64,000 nt of DNA from Acidimicrobiia bacterium (GCA_016871275.1 VFZG01000001.1:42334-106333), one strand, 5' to 3'; counted from the first letter of the stretch, positions 1 through 10,286 are shown. Numbers and translations are program-made. Notes: generated from the sequence alone by a model not told the origin.

Positions 1-995
1 TGGCGGCCGCCGCGGGGACCGGCCGCGCCATGGGAGAGTCGATCAACGCCGCGCGCGTGCTGATCAACGAGCCGGGCAACTACCTCACGCCCACGGTGAT
101 GGCCGACCGCGCGGCATCGCTGGCGTCGGTATCTGGCATCACGGCCGATGTCCTCGACGAGAAACAGATCGCCGCGCTGAACATGGGCCTGCTGCTTGGC
201 GTGGCTCGCGGCAGTGCCGAGCCGCCCCGCCTGCTCGTGCTGAAGTACGCCGGTCCCGGCGCCGGCGGCAAGAACGTCCTTGGCCTGGTCGGCAAAGGCA
301 TCACCTTCGACACCGGTGGTCTGTCGCTCAAGCCCGCCGACGGCATGGAACGAATGAAGGACGACATGGCCGGCGGCGCCTCGGTGGTTGCGGCGCTGCG
401 ATCAATCGCCCAGCAGCAGTTGCCGATCCGCGCCATGGCCGTCGTGCCCATGACCGAGAACATGCCCGGCGGGAAAGCCACCAAACCAGGCGACATCCTC
501 ACCGCTGCCTCTGGCCTGACGGTGGAGGTGAACAACACCGATGCCGAGGGACGCCTGATCCTCGGCGACGGGTTGTGGTACGCGCGACAGCAGGGCGCCA
601 CCCACCTGGTCGACGTCGCGACGCTCACGGGGGCCGTAGTCGTGGCGCTGGGCAAGATCACCACGGGCGTGTACGGCACGCCGCAACCGTGGGTCGATCA
701 GATTACGAGGGCGGCCGATCGCGCCGGCGAGAAGGTCTGGCCCATGCCGCTGTTCGACGAATACAAGGAACAGCTGAAAAGCGACATTGCGGACATGGTG
801 AACAGCCCTGGGCGGCCGGCCGGCTCCATCACCGCCGCGATGTTCCTCAAGGAGTTCGTCGGCAACGGCCCGTGGGCACACCTCGATATCGCCGGCACGG
901 CCTGGGCCGAAGATGCCAAGTCCTGGCAGCCGAAAGGCGCCACCGGGACCATGATTCGCACGCTGATTGAAGTCGCACGCGGATTTGCGGGGTAA
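1..995 (+). CDS. pepA: Leucyl aminopeptidase (M17), C-terminal part; 5' end outside window
   Basis: Frame is open to the window edge. M17 catalytic signatures VGKGITFDTGG and NNTDAEGRLILGD. Confidence 0.9.
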   Translation, partial: AAAAGTGRAMGESINAARVLINEPGNYLTPTVMADRAASLASVSGITADVLDEKQIAALNMGLLLGVARGSAEPPRLLVLKYAGPGAGGKNVLGLVGKGITFDTGGLSLKPADGMERMKDDMAGGASVVAALRSIAQQQLPIRAMAVVPMTENMPGGKATKPGDILTAASGLTVEVNNTDAEGRLILGDGLWYARQQGATHLVDVATLTGAVVVALGKITTGVYGTPQPWVDQITRAADRAGEKVWPMPLFDEYKEQLKSDIADMVNSPGRPAGSITAAMFLKEFVGNGPWAHLDIAGTAWAEDAKSWQPKGATGTMIRTLIEVARGFAG

Positions 996-1021
996 GCCGC
1001 CCTTGGGCGGATAATCACATC

Positions 1022-1270
1022 GTGCAGCCACCGCTGGCACAACCGGAAGCGCAGCCCCTGACCATCGTTCAGGTGGCACCGGCCGAGCCCGCCCGGGAAA
1101 TCGGGATGATCGACGTCGCGTTGGCCGGGTTTGGCGTGACCGGAGTGATCATGGCGGCGGCGCTAATGACAGGAATCCTGGCCGGGGCCGGCTACATCTG
1201 GTACCGGTCGAGGCGTGCCGTCAGCACCATGGAAGAGCGCGGCCACACGAGCAATCTGTTCAGGGCCTAG
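1022..1270 (+). CDS. Small hypothetical membrane protein (one TM helix)
   Basis: 82-aa ORF with GTG start and hydrophobic segment VALAGFGVTGVIMAAALMTGILAGAGYIW. No family recognised. Its 3' end overlaps the convergent amidase gene by 4 nt. Confidence 0.35.
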   Translation: MQPPLAQPEAQPLTIVQVAPAEPAREIGMIDVALAGFGVTGVIMAAALMTGILAGAGYIWYRSRRAVSTMEERGHTSNLFRA

Positions 1271-3045
1271 CGATCGACCGTCGCGGCTGACGTGCCCTTG
1301 AGCGACTTGCGATAGCGCAAGACCGCGTTCGAGAGGGCCTGCGCGATGCGGTCTTTATACGCGGCGGTCTTCAGCAGCGCCAGTTCCTGGCGGTTGGTCA
1401 TGAACGAAATCTCGGCCAGCACGCTCGGCATGGCCGCGCCGATCAACACCACGAACGGCGCCTTCTTGACGCCGCGGCTCCTCACATCCTTGTTCGATCG
1501 CTTCAGCGTGGTCACCAGCGATTCCTGGACCATGCCCGCCAGATCGCGCGATTCATCGAGCTTGTTGTTCAGCGAGATCGCCTTGATCAAGTCAGGCAGC
1601 TCGTGCATCTCCTTGCCCGATGTCGAGTTCTCGCGCGCCGCAATCGCCTCGGCTTCCGGAGACGAGGCGAAGCTCAGGAAGTAGGTTTCGATGCCGCTGG
1701 CGTTCCGATTCCGGCTCGAGTTGGCGTGAATCGACAGGAACAGATCCGCATTCTGCCGGTTGGCGATCGCGGTGCGCTCCTGCAAGGGAATGTGGACATC
1801 CGTCCGGCGCGTCAGCACCACTTCAACGCCGGGTTCTTTCGCCAACAGCTTCTCGACGCGCAGCGCAATGTCCAGCGTGAGATCGGCCTCATTCAGGCCG
1901 CGCGCCGTCGTGCCGGGATCGTGACCGCCGTGCCCCGGGTCGATGACGATGCGCGAGACGCTCAATCCCAGCTGACGCGCGATCGAGAAACCACCCGTCA
2001 CGTTGGCGGCAGCGGGAACCGGCGGCGGTGGCGGCGTTTCCTGAACCGGCGGCGCCAGCGGAGCCTCACGACTCTCTATCGGTGGCGCCGCAGGACCGGT
2101 GGGTTCGACGGGCGCGGGCGGCGCAGGCGCCGGGGCTGCCACCGTCGTCGCCACCGGGCGCTCTGCATCGACCACCAGGCGGAACGGGCTGTACAGCGTG
2201 AACACGCTGAACTTCGGGACGTTCTCGAGATCGAGGACCACACGGACCGTGCCTTCCGGCCGGCGCCCGACGCGGATCTTGGCCACGACGTCGGTGTTGT
2301 ACGACAGCACCTGATCGGCCAGCGCCGGCGTTACCTGCACGTTCAAGTCAAAGAACACCCGAGCGGGGCCGGACAGCCGTTGCTCGCGATACGCAACCTC
2401 GCGATCGAACTCGAGCGTCACGCGCACGCTGCCCGGGAGCACCGTTCGCTGAACGCTTGTCAAGGTGGCGCGCTCGGCGGGGAGCGCCGGCGCAGGCGGG
2501 GGAGCCACTGTCTCGAGCGTGACGTTGGCGGCCGGCACCGCGTGGGCGGCGGCGGCTGGTATTGCTGTCACGGGGGGCGTTGCCACAAGCGCGGGCAGTG
2601 ACCTGGCCGGTGGCGCGGGCGACGGCGGCACCGGCGGCGCGTTGGTCTTGGTCAACCGCGCGATCTTCGCGTTGGCCTGCTTGATCAACGCGCTCCGGGG
2701 GTACTCACGCACCAGCCACCGGTAGGTCTTCAGCGCCCGATCGCGATCCTCGGGTCGGCTCATCCGCTGATAGGCTGCATCCGCCAGGCTCGCTGCGTGG
2801 AACAACGCATCGTCGGCATAGCCGCTGGTGGGGAAGCGGCGCACCAGGGCCTCGAACGACGTCAGCACCTGCGCGACCTGGACGGCCAGCTCCGTGGCCG
2901 GCGTCTTGTCCTTGAAGTTGGTGAGCAGGAGGCGAACTTTCTCGTCCTGCTGTTGCGCGTCTTGGTAGCGCTCCTTGGCGGTCTGCCCGGCAGCGGGCGC
3001 GCACACCAGCAGCCACACGGCAAGTGCCGTGGTCGCTACCCGCAT
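1267..3045 (-). CDS. N-acetylmuramoyl-L-alanine amidase with N-terminal TPR (YbgF-like) and AMIN domains
   Basis: Amidase_3 signature IVIDPGHGGHDPGT...FLSIHANS. AMIN-like segment VRVTLEFD...VFFDL. I chose ATG 3045 (MRVATTALAVWLL, signal peptide) over the track start at 3069, which would overlap ftsK. Confidence 0.85.
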   Translation of the reverse strand: MRVATTALAVWLLVCAPAAGQTAKERYQDAQQQDEKVRLLLTNFKDKTPATELAVQVAQVLTSFEALVRRFPTSGYADDALFHAASLADAAYQRMSRPEDRDRALKTYRWLVREYPRSALIKQANAKIARLTKTNAPPVPPSPAPPARSLPALVATPPVTAIPAAAAHAVPAANVTLETVAPPPAPALPAERATLTSVQRTVLPGSVRVTLEFDREVAYREQRLSGPARVFFDLNVQVTPALADQVLSYNTDVVAKIRVGRRPEGTVRVVLDLENVPKFSVFTLYSPFRLVVDAERPVATTVAAPAPAPPAPVEPTGPAAPPIESREAPLAPPVQETPPPPPVPAAANVTGGFSIARQLGLSVSRIVIDPGHGGHDPGTTARGLNEADLTLDIALRVEKLLAKEPGVEVVLTRRTDVHIPLQERTAIANRQNADLFLSIHANSSRNRNASGIETYFLSFASSPEAEAIAARENSTSGKEMHELPDLIKAISLNNKLDESRDLAGMVQESLVTTLKRSNKDVRSRGVKKAPFVVLIGAAMPSVLAEISFMTNRQELALLKTAAYKDRIAQALSNAVLRYRKSLKGTSAATVDR

Positions 3046-3052
3046 GACACGA

Positions 3053-5419
3053 CTACCGCAGTTGTGCATCCACTTCCTCGAAGTACTCCCGACCGACCAG
3101 CACCTCGCGCGGCTTGCCGCCGGTGCCGGACGAGACCAGGCCTTCGGCTTCCATCATGTCGACGAGGCGAGCGGCCCGGCTGAATCCGATTCGCATCTTG
3201 CGCTGCAGGTAGGAGATCGACGCCTGGCCGGTCTGGACCACGATCCGCGCCGCTTCGTCGTAGAGTTCGTCCTTCTCGAAGTCCGGGCCCTCCGGACCGC
3301 CCTTCTTTTCTTCCTCGGTGATGGTCTCGTCGTAGACCGGCTTGCCCTGCTTGCGCAGGAAACTCGCCAGCCGCGCCGATTCCTGCTCGGAAATATAGGG
3401 GCAGTGCAGGCGGAGGTGGCGCGAGGACGCCGGCGGCAGGAACAACATGTCGCCCTTGCCGAGCAATTGTTCGGCGCCGTTGCTGTCCAGAATCGTGCGC
3501 GAGTCGATCTTCGACGTCACGCGGAAGGAGATGCGGGACGGCATGTTGGCCTTGATCAAGCCGGTGATGACATCGACCGACGGACGCTGCGTGGCGAGGA
3601 TCAGGTGAATGCCGACCGCGCGCGCCATCTGCGCCAGCCGGCAGATCGACTCTTCGACTTCGTTGCCGGCGACCATCATCAGGTCGGCCAGTTCATCCAC
3701 GACCACGACAATGAAGGGCAGCGGCCGGTTCGGCTCGCCCTCGTCGATCGCTTCACCGGACTCCAGCGTCGCCCGGACGTTGCGGTTGAACTGCTCGATG
3801 TTGCGCACGCCATACGCCGCGAGCGTCTTGTAGCGCTCTTCCATTTCGCGCACCGCCCAGCGCAACGCGTTGGCGGCCTTCTTGGGCTCGACCACGACCG
3901 GCGTCATCAGGTGCGGAATGTCTTCATACATTCCGAGTTCGAGGCGCTTGGGGTCGACCATGATCATCCGCACGTCGTCCGGCGTCGCGCGATACAAGAT
4001 GCTGGTGAGCATCGCGTTGAGGCCGACCGATTTGCCCGAGCCGGTCGACCCGGCGATCAGCAGGTGAGGCATGGTCGCCAGGTCGGCCACGTACGGCTCG
4101 CCGTGGATGGTCTTGCCGAGCGCGACCGCCAGCTTCGAGGTGTGGCGCGTGTAGGCGTCGGATTCGAGCAGCTCACGCAACGAAATCGCTTCCCGATGCG
4201 GATTCGGGATCTGGATGCCGACCGTGGCCTTCCCGGGGATGCGATCGATCAAGACCGACTCGGCCTGCATGGCGAGGCACAAGTCGTCCGACAGGCCGGT
4301 CACCTTCGAGTACTTCACGCCGGCATCAGGCTTGAGTTCAAAGGTCGTGACGACCGGACCCGGATGGATTTGCACCACGGCGCCTTCCACGGAGAACTCA
4401 CGGCACTTCTCCTCGAGGTGCCGGGCGGCGTCCATCAGCTCACGCTCGTTGATCTTCGTTTCGGCTCGCGGTGCGTCGAGCAGCGAAACCGGTGGCAGCG
4501 AATACGACCCCAGGCGCCGCTCCACACGTTCCGGCTCCGGCAGCGGCAACGCCGCTGCCAGCGGCGTCTTCGCGACCGGCTTCTTCTGCACGACCGGCGC
4601 TGACGTGCGCACCGGCGCCGGAGCGTCGTCCTCGTCGCGGTCGATGCGCGGGGTCGTCCGCTCGCGCGCCACCGCTGGCTCGGGTTTCGCAGCCGGCCTG
4701 TCGATCCTGGCGGGCTTGCTCTCGGGCTTGGCAACGACCGGCGCATCCTTCCTGCCGTACTTCTCCATCACGTCGCGGCGTTGTTTCGCCTTGCGACGCT
4801 CCGCGCGCCACTGCGCCAACGCCTCGCCGCCCTGCGCGGCCGCGTTGCTGATGCCCGCAAAGACCGCGCTGAACAGACGGCCGAGTGAGAACTGGGTCGC
4901 CAGAATCACGGCGACGACGATCAAGGTCAGGATGACGATGACCGAGCCGGTCCGGCTCAGGTACTCGGATATCAACCCGCCGAGCCACTCGCCGAGGTAG
5001 CCGCCGGCGCGGAAGGCCCGCGGCCCGAAATCCACGCGGCCGATCGTCAAATGGAGGAAGGCGCTGCTGCAGGAGAACAGCATCGCGGCACCGATCAGCT
5101 TGGTGTAGACCGCCTCGATCGCCGTACACCAGAAGTAGTGCCAGCCGGCCACGGCAATGATGGCCGGAATCAGGTACGACGCGTAGCCCAGCACCTGGAA
5201 CGACAGCTCACTGAGGAACGCCCCGACACGGCCGGCGAAGTTCAAGGGCACGTCCTGCGTGCCGGTGCTGAAGAACCAGGCGCCGTCGCTGGGGTCGTAG
5301 GTCGCCAGCGCGATCAGCCAGATCAGCGCTACCGCGAACAACGCGACGCCAACCACCTCGCTGACGCGACGCGAGAGGGCAGAACTGTTAGTCACCACTC
5401 TTGAGCCTTTCTGTCCCAT
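3053..5419 (-). CDS. ftsK: DNA translocase FtsK/SpoIIIE
   Basis: N-terminal TM helices, Pro/Ala-rich linker, Walker A GSTGSGKS, and a C-terminal gamma (winged-helix) domain SISYLQRKMRIGFSRAARL. Confidence 0.95.
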   Translation of the reverse strand: MGQKGSRVVTNSSALSRRVSEVVGVALFAVALIWLIALATYDPSDGAWFFSTGTQDVPLNFAGRVGAFLSELSFQVLGYASYLIPAIIAVAGWHYFWCTAIEAVYTKLIGAAMLFSCSSAFLHLTIGRVDFGPRAFRAGGYLGEWLGGLISEYLSRTGSVIVILTLIVVAVILATQFSLGRLFSAVFAGISNAAAQGGEALAQWRAERRKAKQRRDVMEKYGRKDAPVVAKPESKPARIDRPAAKPEPAVARERTTPRIDRDEDDAPAPVRTSAPVVQKKPVAKTPLAAALPLPEPERVERRLGSYSLPPVSLLDAPRAETKINERELMDAARHLEEKCREFSVEGAVVQIHPGPVVTTFELKPDAGVKYSKVTGLSDDLCLAMQAESVLIDRIPGKATVGIQIPNPHREAISLRELLESDAYTRHTSKLAVALGKTIHGEPYVADLATMPHLLIAGSTGSGKSVGLNAMLTSILYRATPDDVRMIMVDPKRLELGMYEDIPHLMTPVVVEPKKAANALRWAVREMEERYKTLAAYGVRNIEQFNRNVRATLESGEAIDEGEPNRPLPFIVVVVDELADLMMVAGNEVEESICRLAQMARAVGIHLILATQRPSVDVITGLIKANMPSRISFRVTSKIDSRTILDSNGAEQLLGKGDMLFLPPASSRHLRLHCPYISEQESARLASFLRKQGKPVYDETITEEEKKGGPEGPDFEKDELYDEAARIVVQTGQASISYLQRKMRIGFSRAARLVDMMEAEGLVSSGTGGKPREVLVGREYFEEVDAQLR

Positions 5420-5445
5420 CTGTGCTGTCTGTGCCGTTCGGTGGC

Positions 5446-7194
5446 TCAGATCTCCATCACCACGGGCAACACCATCGGCCGCCGGCCCGTGCGCTTCTTC
5501 AGGAACTTGCGCAGTTCCACTCGAATCCGTTCCTTCATCAATCCAGGGTCGCCGCGCTGTTCCACGCTACAGTCGTCGATGGCGTTGGCCACGATGACGG
5601 CGCCCTCACTGAGCACGTCGGCCGTGCCCTCGTCGCTCACGAAACCGCGCGCCACCAATTCGGGCACGCCTTCGATCACGCCGCTGCGGGCGTTGATGGC
5701 CACCACCGGGACGATCAAGCCGTCCATCGAGAGATGGCGCCGGTCGCGCAGCACTTCGTCGCCCACTTCGCCGACCCGCGTGCCGTCGATCAATACCTTG
5801 CCGACGCGCGTCTTCTCCACGACCCGCCCGCCCTCGCCGTCGAAACGCATCACGTCGCCGTCTTCAGCGGTGATCACCTGCACCGCGGACGGCAGCCCGC
5901 GCGTCACGAACCTGGCCACTCGCGCATGCTGCGCCAACTGGCGATACTCGCCGTGGATCGGCACGAAGTACTTCGGGCGCACCAGCGACAGCACCAGCTT
6001 CAGCTCCTCTTCGGAGCCGTGGCCGGAGACGTGCACGTGCCTGGAGGATTCGGTAAGGATGTCCACGCCGCGCCGGGCGAGGTGATTCATCACCCGGCCG
6101 ATGGCCTTCTCGTTGCCGGGGATCGCCCGCGCCGAGATCACCACGCGATCGCCTTCCGTCAGCTGCACGTGCCGGTGATCGTCGATCGCGATCCTCGACA
6201 GCGCCGCGTTCGGCTCTCCCTGCGACCCGGTCGCGACGCACACCACGTCGCTGGCGGGGAAGTGCTGCACGTCGCTGTCCCTGATCACGACGCCGGCGGG
6301 CAGGTGCAGGAAGCCCAGGTCCTGCGCGATCCGTGAGTTCTCGATCATGCCGCGGCCGACGAAGGCGACCTTGCGATCGAACTGGGCCGCCAGATCGACA
6401 ACGATCTGCAGCCGATACAGGCTCGACGAGAACGTCGCGACGACGATCTTGCCCTGGCTGCTGGTGAAAATCTCCTCGAACGCGTCTTCGACGTCCGCCT
6501 CGGAGCCGGTGTAGCCGCGGCGGTCGATGTTGGTGCTGTCGCAGAACATCGCCAGCACGCCATCCGAGCCGAGCTGCGCGAAGCGGTGCAGGTCGAACGC
6601 CTGGCCGTCCAGCGGTGTCTGATCGACTTTGAAGTCGCCGGTGTGGAGCAGCACGCCCTGCGGCGTGCGCACCACCACCGCCACGCAGTCGGGCATGCTG
6701 TGCGTCACGCGCACGAACTCGATCGTGAACGGGCCGATGACAATCACCGAGCCGGGCGCGATCGCCACCGTCTTCGGCTCAAGCGCATGCTCTTCAAGTT
6801 TGTTGGCCACCATCGCCAGCGTGAGCGGGGTCCCGTACACTTCGCCGTCGAGATGCGGCAACAGGTAGGGCACGCCGCCGATGTGGTCTTCATGCGCGTG
6901 CGTCAGCACCAGCGCCTTGAGTTGTCCTTTACGGTTCTCCAGGTAGGCCAGGTCCGGCACGATCAGATCGACGCCCGGCAAGTCCGCCTCGGGGAACATC
7001 GCGCCCGCGTCGATGACGATAGTCGTTCCCTGACACGAGATCGCCATCATGTTCAGGCCGAACTCGCCAAGGCCGCCAAGCGGCACGACATCAACTGGAG
7101 GCGCACCGGCAACCACCGGCGCACCCGCGGACACACTCATACGAGATCCCAGCAGGGCGATTGAGCGCCCCGGGCGTACCTTCCAAGCAACCAT
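5446..7194 (-). CDS. rnj: Ribonuclease J (MBL/beta-CASP)
   Basis: VPLGGLGEFGLNM start region, HAHEDHIGG metallo-beta-lactamase motif, beta-CASP layout. The true start may be the internal ATG near 7140 (MSVSAG...). Confidence 0.9.
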   Translation of the reverse strand: MVAWKVRPGRSIALLGSRMSVSAGAPVVAGAPPVDVVPLGGLGEFGLNMMAISCQGTTIVIDAGAMFPEADLPGVDLIVPDLAYLENRKGQLKALVLTHAHEDHIGGVPYLLPHLDGEVYGTPLTLAMVANKLEEHALEPKTVAIAPGSVIVIGPFTIEFVRVTHSMPDCVAVVVRTPQGVLLHTGDFKVDQTPLDGQAFDLHRFAQLGSDGVLAMFCDSTNIDRRGYTGSEADVEDAFEEIFTSSQGKIVVATFSSSLYRLQIVVDLAAQFDRKVAFVGRGMIENSRIAQDLGFLHLPAGVVIRDSDVQHFPASDVVCVATGSQGEPNAALSRIAIDDHRHVQLTEGDRVVISARAIPGNEKAIGRVMNHLARRGVDILTESSRHVHVSGHGSEEELKLVLSLVRPKYFVPIHGEYRQLAQHARVARFVTRGLPSAVQVITAEDGDVMRFDGEGGRVVEKTRVGKVLIDGTRVGEVGDEVLRDRRHLSMDGLIVPVVAINARSGVIEGVPELVARGFVSDEGTADVLSEGAVIVANAIDDCSVEQRGDPGLMKERIRVELRKFLKKRTGRRPMVLPVVMEI

Positions 7195-7284
7195 CGAACT
7201 CTGGCGAGCGCGAACGGTCGCGTTTCAGGCCGCTGGGAGGGCCTGGAAAGAACAGGCGGGTTGACCGGAAACTATAGCACAGCT

Positions 7285-8127
7285 TCAGCTTACGGGCGCC
7301 GACGCATTCGACGGACGGGCGGCGAACGTGCCCGCCAGCGCGGCCATTTCCGCCAGCTCGAGCGTCTCGGGGCGCCGCTGGGGGTCAATCCCAACCCCGA
7401 TCAGGACCCGTCCAGCTTCCAGCCCCCTGTCGGCGGCGAACGATTTCAGGGCATTGGCGGTGGTCTTCCGCCGCTGCGTGAAGATGGTCCGGACCATCGC
7501 TTCAAACAGTTCCGGATCGGCAATTGAGACGGGTGAGGGGCGGAAGGTCAGCCTGACGACGGCTGAATGGACCTTCGGGGCGGGCCGGAACGCGCCCGGA
7601 GGGAGCGACAACACCCTCGTGACATCCGCGTGCAGGCCGGTCAGCACGGTCAAGACGCCATAGTCGCGGGTCCCGACCCTGGCGACCAGGCGGTCGGCCA
7701 CTTCCTTCTGCAGCATGAGCAACGCATCGCGCACGCCATGGGTCCTGGCGGCGAAGTCGAGCAGTGCGAACAGGATTGGCGACGAGAGATTGTAGGGGAG
7801 ATTGCCGATAAGGCGAATCTGGTTCCCGGGACCGGGCGCGGCGCCGAGCCAATCGCCCACCACCCGGCCCAGGTCGACCTGGAGGACGTCGCCGGTCACG
7901 ACGCCAAGGTTCGGCAGGGCGGCGGCCTCGAGGTCGGCGGCGAGAAGGCGATCGACTTCAATCGCCAACAGGCGGCCCGCCTTTTCCGACAACGGCCGCG
8001 TGATGGCGCCGCGACCCGGACCGATTTCCAGCACGGCATCGTCGGCGGTGAAACCGGAGGCGGCGACCAGCTTGTTCACCCAGGCCCGCTCGAGAAAATG
8101 CTGGCCGAAGCGCTTGCGGGCTCTCAA
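7285..8127 (-). CDS. rsmA: 16S rRNA (adenine1518/1519-N6)-dimethyltransferase
   Basis: KRFGQHFL start motif and VLEIGPGRGAIT SAM motif. I placed the start at TTG 8127, which overlaps the upstream stop (TTGA). The upstream part of the track ORF (to 8451) is Arg-rich non-coding-like sequence. Confidence 0.85.
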   Translation of the reverse strand: MRARKRFGQHFLERAWVNKLVAASGFTADDAVLEIGPGRGAITRPLSEKAGRLLAIEVDRLLAADLEAAALPNLGVVTGDVLQVDLGRVVGDWLGAAPGPGNQIRLIGNLPYNLSSPILFALLDFAARTHGVRDALLMLQKEVADRLVARVGTRDYGVLTVLTGLHADVTRVLSLPPGAFRPAPKVHSAVVRLTFRPSPVSIADPELFEAMVRTIFTQRRKTTANALKSFAADRGLEAGRVLIGVGIDPQRRPETLELAEMAALAGTFAARPSNASAPVS

Positions 8128-8567
8128 CCTGGCGTCCCGGTCGGCGGCTCGTCGTCTTCCTCGTCGAGCCCGGGCGGGAACGGATCGCCGCGCCAGTACC
8201 GCTCCTCGATGTCCATGATTTCCTCTTCCGACATCCCGAAGTAATGACCAAGCTCGTGGATCAGTGTCTCGCCGATGGCGGCGACGATTTCCTCTTCGTC
8301 GCCGTTGGCCTCGTCCTCGATTGAAAACTGGAAGAGCGTGATGCGGTCGGGCAGGACGTTGCCGTAGCCCCAGCCGCGCTCGTTCAGCGGTGTCCCTTGA
8401 TACAAGCCAAGCAGCTCGGACGGATCGTCGATGTCCATTTCGTCGAGCCATTCGTCCGAGGGCTCATCTTCGATCACGATGGCCAGGTTCCGCACCTGCC
8501 GGGCGAACTTCAGGGGAATGGTGTCGATGGCCTCCTCGACGAGCGCGCGGAACTGCTCGCGCGTCAC
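8124..8567 (-). CDS. Zincin-like metallopeptidase family protein (DUF1025-type)
   Basis: HELGHYFG HExxH motif near the C-terminus, acidic tail. Start set at GTG 8567, which overlaps the nth stop (GTGA). The longer track ORF (to 8804) would run 240 nt through nth in another frame. Confidence 0.7.
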   Translation of the reverse strand: MTREQFRALVEEAIDTIPLKFARQVRNLAIVIEDEPSDEWLDEMDIDDPSELLGLYQGTPLNERGWGYGNVLPDRITLFQFSIEDEANGDEEEIVAAIGETLIHELGHYFGMSEEEIMDIEERYWRGDPFPPGLDEEDDEPPTGTPG

Positions 8568-9295
8568 GAGCGCGCCGGCCCTTTTCTGGCGCCCACCCCG
8601 CGCGAGGCGCGCTTGTAGGGAGAAGGCGCGATCCGAGTCGAAGGGCGGCCGGGTGGGTTGGTCACGACGCCAGTCCGGAAAAAGTCGCAGTCCGGTCGCA
8701 CGTTGCAGCGAGGGCACAGCGGCTTCGGCTTGCACATCCGCCGGCCATGCAGGATCAGGCAGTCCGAGGCGCGCGTCCATCGCTTCGGCGGCAGCAGCTC
8801 GCACAGCTGCGCCTCCACCTTGACCGGATCGTCGTTCCTGACCAGGCCAATGCGATTCGCCACTCTTAGCACATGCCGATCGACCGGCAGGCCTGGCACG
8901 CCAAGCGCGTGGCCGAGCACCACGTTCGCGGTCTTGCGGCCGACACCAGGCAGCCTGACGAGCGCCTCCAGGTCGGCCGGCACCTCACCGCCGTGCGCGT
9001 CGATGAGCAGGGCCGCCATGCCGATCAGCGATTTCGACTTCTGCCGGAAGAACCCGGTCGAGACGATCAGCTTCTCGAGTTCGGGCGTCTTCGCCGCCGC
9101 GAGCGCGCGGGCGTCCGGATAGCGCTCGAACAAGAGCGGCGTCACCATGTTCACGCGCGCGTCGGTCGACTGCGCTGAGAGCATCGTGGCCGTCAACAGT
9201 TCGAAGGCGTTGCGGTGCACCAGCTCCGTATCGGCATTCGGATGATGCCGATCGAGCGCGTCGAAGATGCGAGCGACAGCCGCTGGTGGCTTCAC
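8564..9295 (-). CDS. nth: Endonuclease III
   Basis: HhH-GPD motif LPGVGRKTANVVL and C-terminal 4Fe-4S cluster CKPKPLCPRCNVRPDC (C-x6-C-x2-C-x5-C). Confidence 0.9.
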   Translation of the reverse strand: MKPPAAVARIFDALDRHHPNADTELVHRNAFELLTATMLSAQSTDARVNMVTPLLFERYPDARALAAAKTPELEKLIVSTGFFRQKSKSLIGMAALLIDAHGGEVPADLEALVRLPGVGRKTANVVLGHALGVPGLPVDRHVLRVANRIGLVRNDDPVKVEAQLCELLPPKRWTRASDCLILHGRRMCKPKPLCPRCNVRPDCDFFRTGVVTNPPGRPSTRIAPSPYKRASRGVGARKGPARS

Positions 9296-9313
9296 GCGAG
9301 GAGTCGGACGGCG

Positions 9314-9637
9314 CTAGTGAATCGGGCCCTTGCCGGACGGAACCGGTAGCGGTGGCTGATGCGATTCAGAGAAGATGCGCATGTTCTCCTGCAATGCGGC
9401 AATCAGCGTCGGGACGAACTGCACCGGCAGCACGAGGCGGGCGCGAATCGGCGCGCGCACGACGTGCTCGGCCTCGGCGTCGCGGATCTCCTTCTCGGAC
9501 AACGGCATCACCTCGCAGAAGGTGAGCGTGAAGTCGAACGGCGTGTGGTTGACGGCGCAGAAGTTGGCATAGGTGCGCGGCTCGTTCCCGCCGTCTTCGG
9601 GAACAATGGTGAAGTTGATCTGTTTGCGGTCGCTCAT
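9314..9637 (-). CDS. DUF3467 family protein
   Basis: 107 aa from ATG 9637 (MSDRKQINFTIVPE...YANFCAVNHTPFDFTLTF). The pattern matches my recollection of DUF3467. The upstream part of the track ORF is not coding-like. Confidence 0.6.
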   Translation of the reverse strand: MSDRKQINFTIVPEDGGNEPRTYANFCAVNHTPFDFTLTFCEVMPLSEKEIRDAEAEHVVRAPIRARLVLPVQFVPTLIAALQENMRIFSESHQPPLPVPSGKGPIH

Positions 9638-9677
9638 GACCGCTCGATTGTAGCTGTTGCCACGCTCCGCGCGGCGG

Positions 9678-10286
9678 CTAATACTTCCGCATGACCCCGA
9701 CGACGACGCCCTGAATCTGCAAGCCATCGGGCTCCACGTAAATCGGCGGCGTCGTCGGATTTGCCGGCTGCAGGCGGATGCGGTTGGATTCCTTGTAGAA
9801 CTTCTTGAGGGTGACGTCCTGGCCGTCGACCAGGGCAATGACCATTTCGCCGTTGTCGGCCGTCTTGCGGTCTTCGACCACGACCCAGTCCCCGTCGCGA
9901 ATCTGCTCGTCGATCATGGACTCGCCACGGACGCGGAGCACGTAGGTGTCGCGCTTGCCGGTGACCAGGGAGTCCGGCACGCCGATAGTTTCGTTGCCGG
10001 CCACCGCCTCAATCGGCATACCCGCGGCCACATAGCCCAGCATGGGCAGCTCGATCGCCCGGCCACCTGAACGGCTGGGGAGCAGCTCCACCGAACGGCT
10101 GCGGTTCCACGATCGGCGGATGAATCCTTTTTCCTGGAGGTTGGTCAGGTGTTTGTGCACCGTGGCCAACGACGACAGGCTGAAGCGCTCGCCGATCTCC
10201 TCGAGGCTTGGCGCATAACCGTGCTGCGCGATAAACTCGTTCAAATAGTCCAGAATCTCTCGCTGGCGCTTGGTCAGTGGCTGCAT
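9678..10286 (-). CDS. lexA: LexA repressor
   Basis: MQPLTKRQREILDYL winged-helix N-terminus, AAG cleavage region (VAAGMPIEA), and S24 peptidase Ser/Lys region (RVRGESMID...VALV). Start at ATG 10286. Confidence 0.9.
   Translation of the reverse strand: MQPLTKRQREILDYLNEFIAQHGYAPSLEEIGERFSLSSLATVHKHLTNLQEKGFIRRSWNRSRSVELLPSRSGGRAIELPMLGYVAAGMPIEAVAGNETIGVPDSLVTGKRDTYVLRVRGESMIDEQIRDGDWVVVEDRKTADNGEMVIALVDGQDVTLKKFYKESNRIRLQPANPTTPPIYVEPDGLQIQGVVVGVMRKY

Noticed and set aside
2975-4603. Long alternative-frame/antisense ORFs in the track. Examples: 2975..4603 +, 15842..17230 -, 22408..23856 +, 31915..33438 -, 42427..43794 +, 56354..59056 + (900 aa antisense to mutS).
   Set aside because: All overlap strongly recognisable genes on the other strand or frame. 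They are Arg/Gly/His/Pro-rich and not protein-like. Such ORFs are expected in high-GC DNA, where stop codons are rare.
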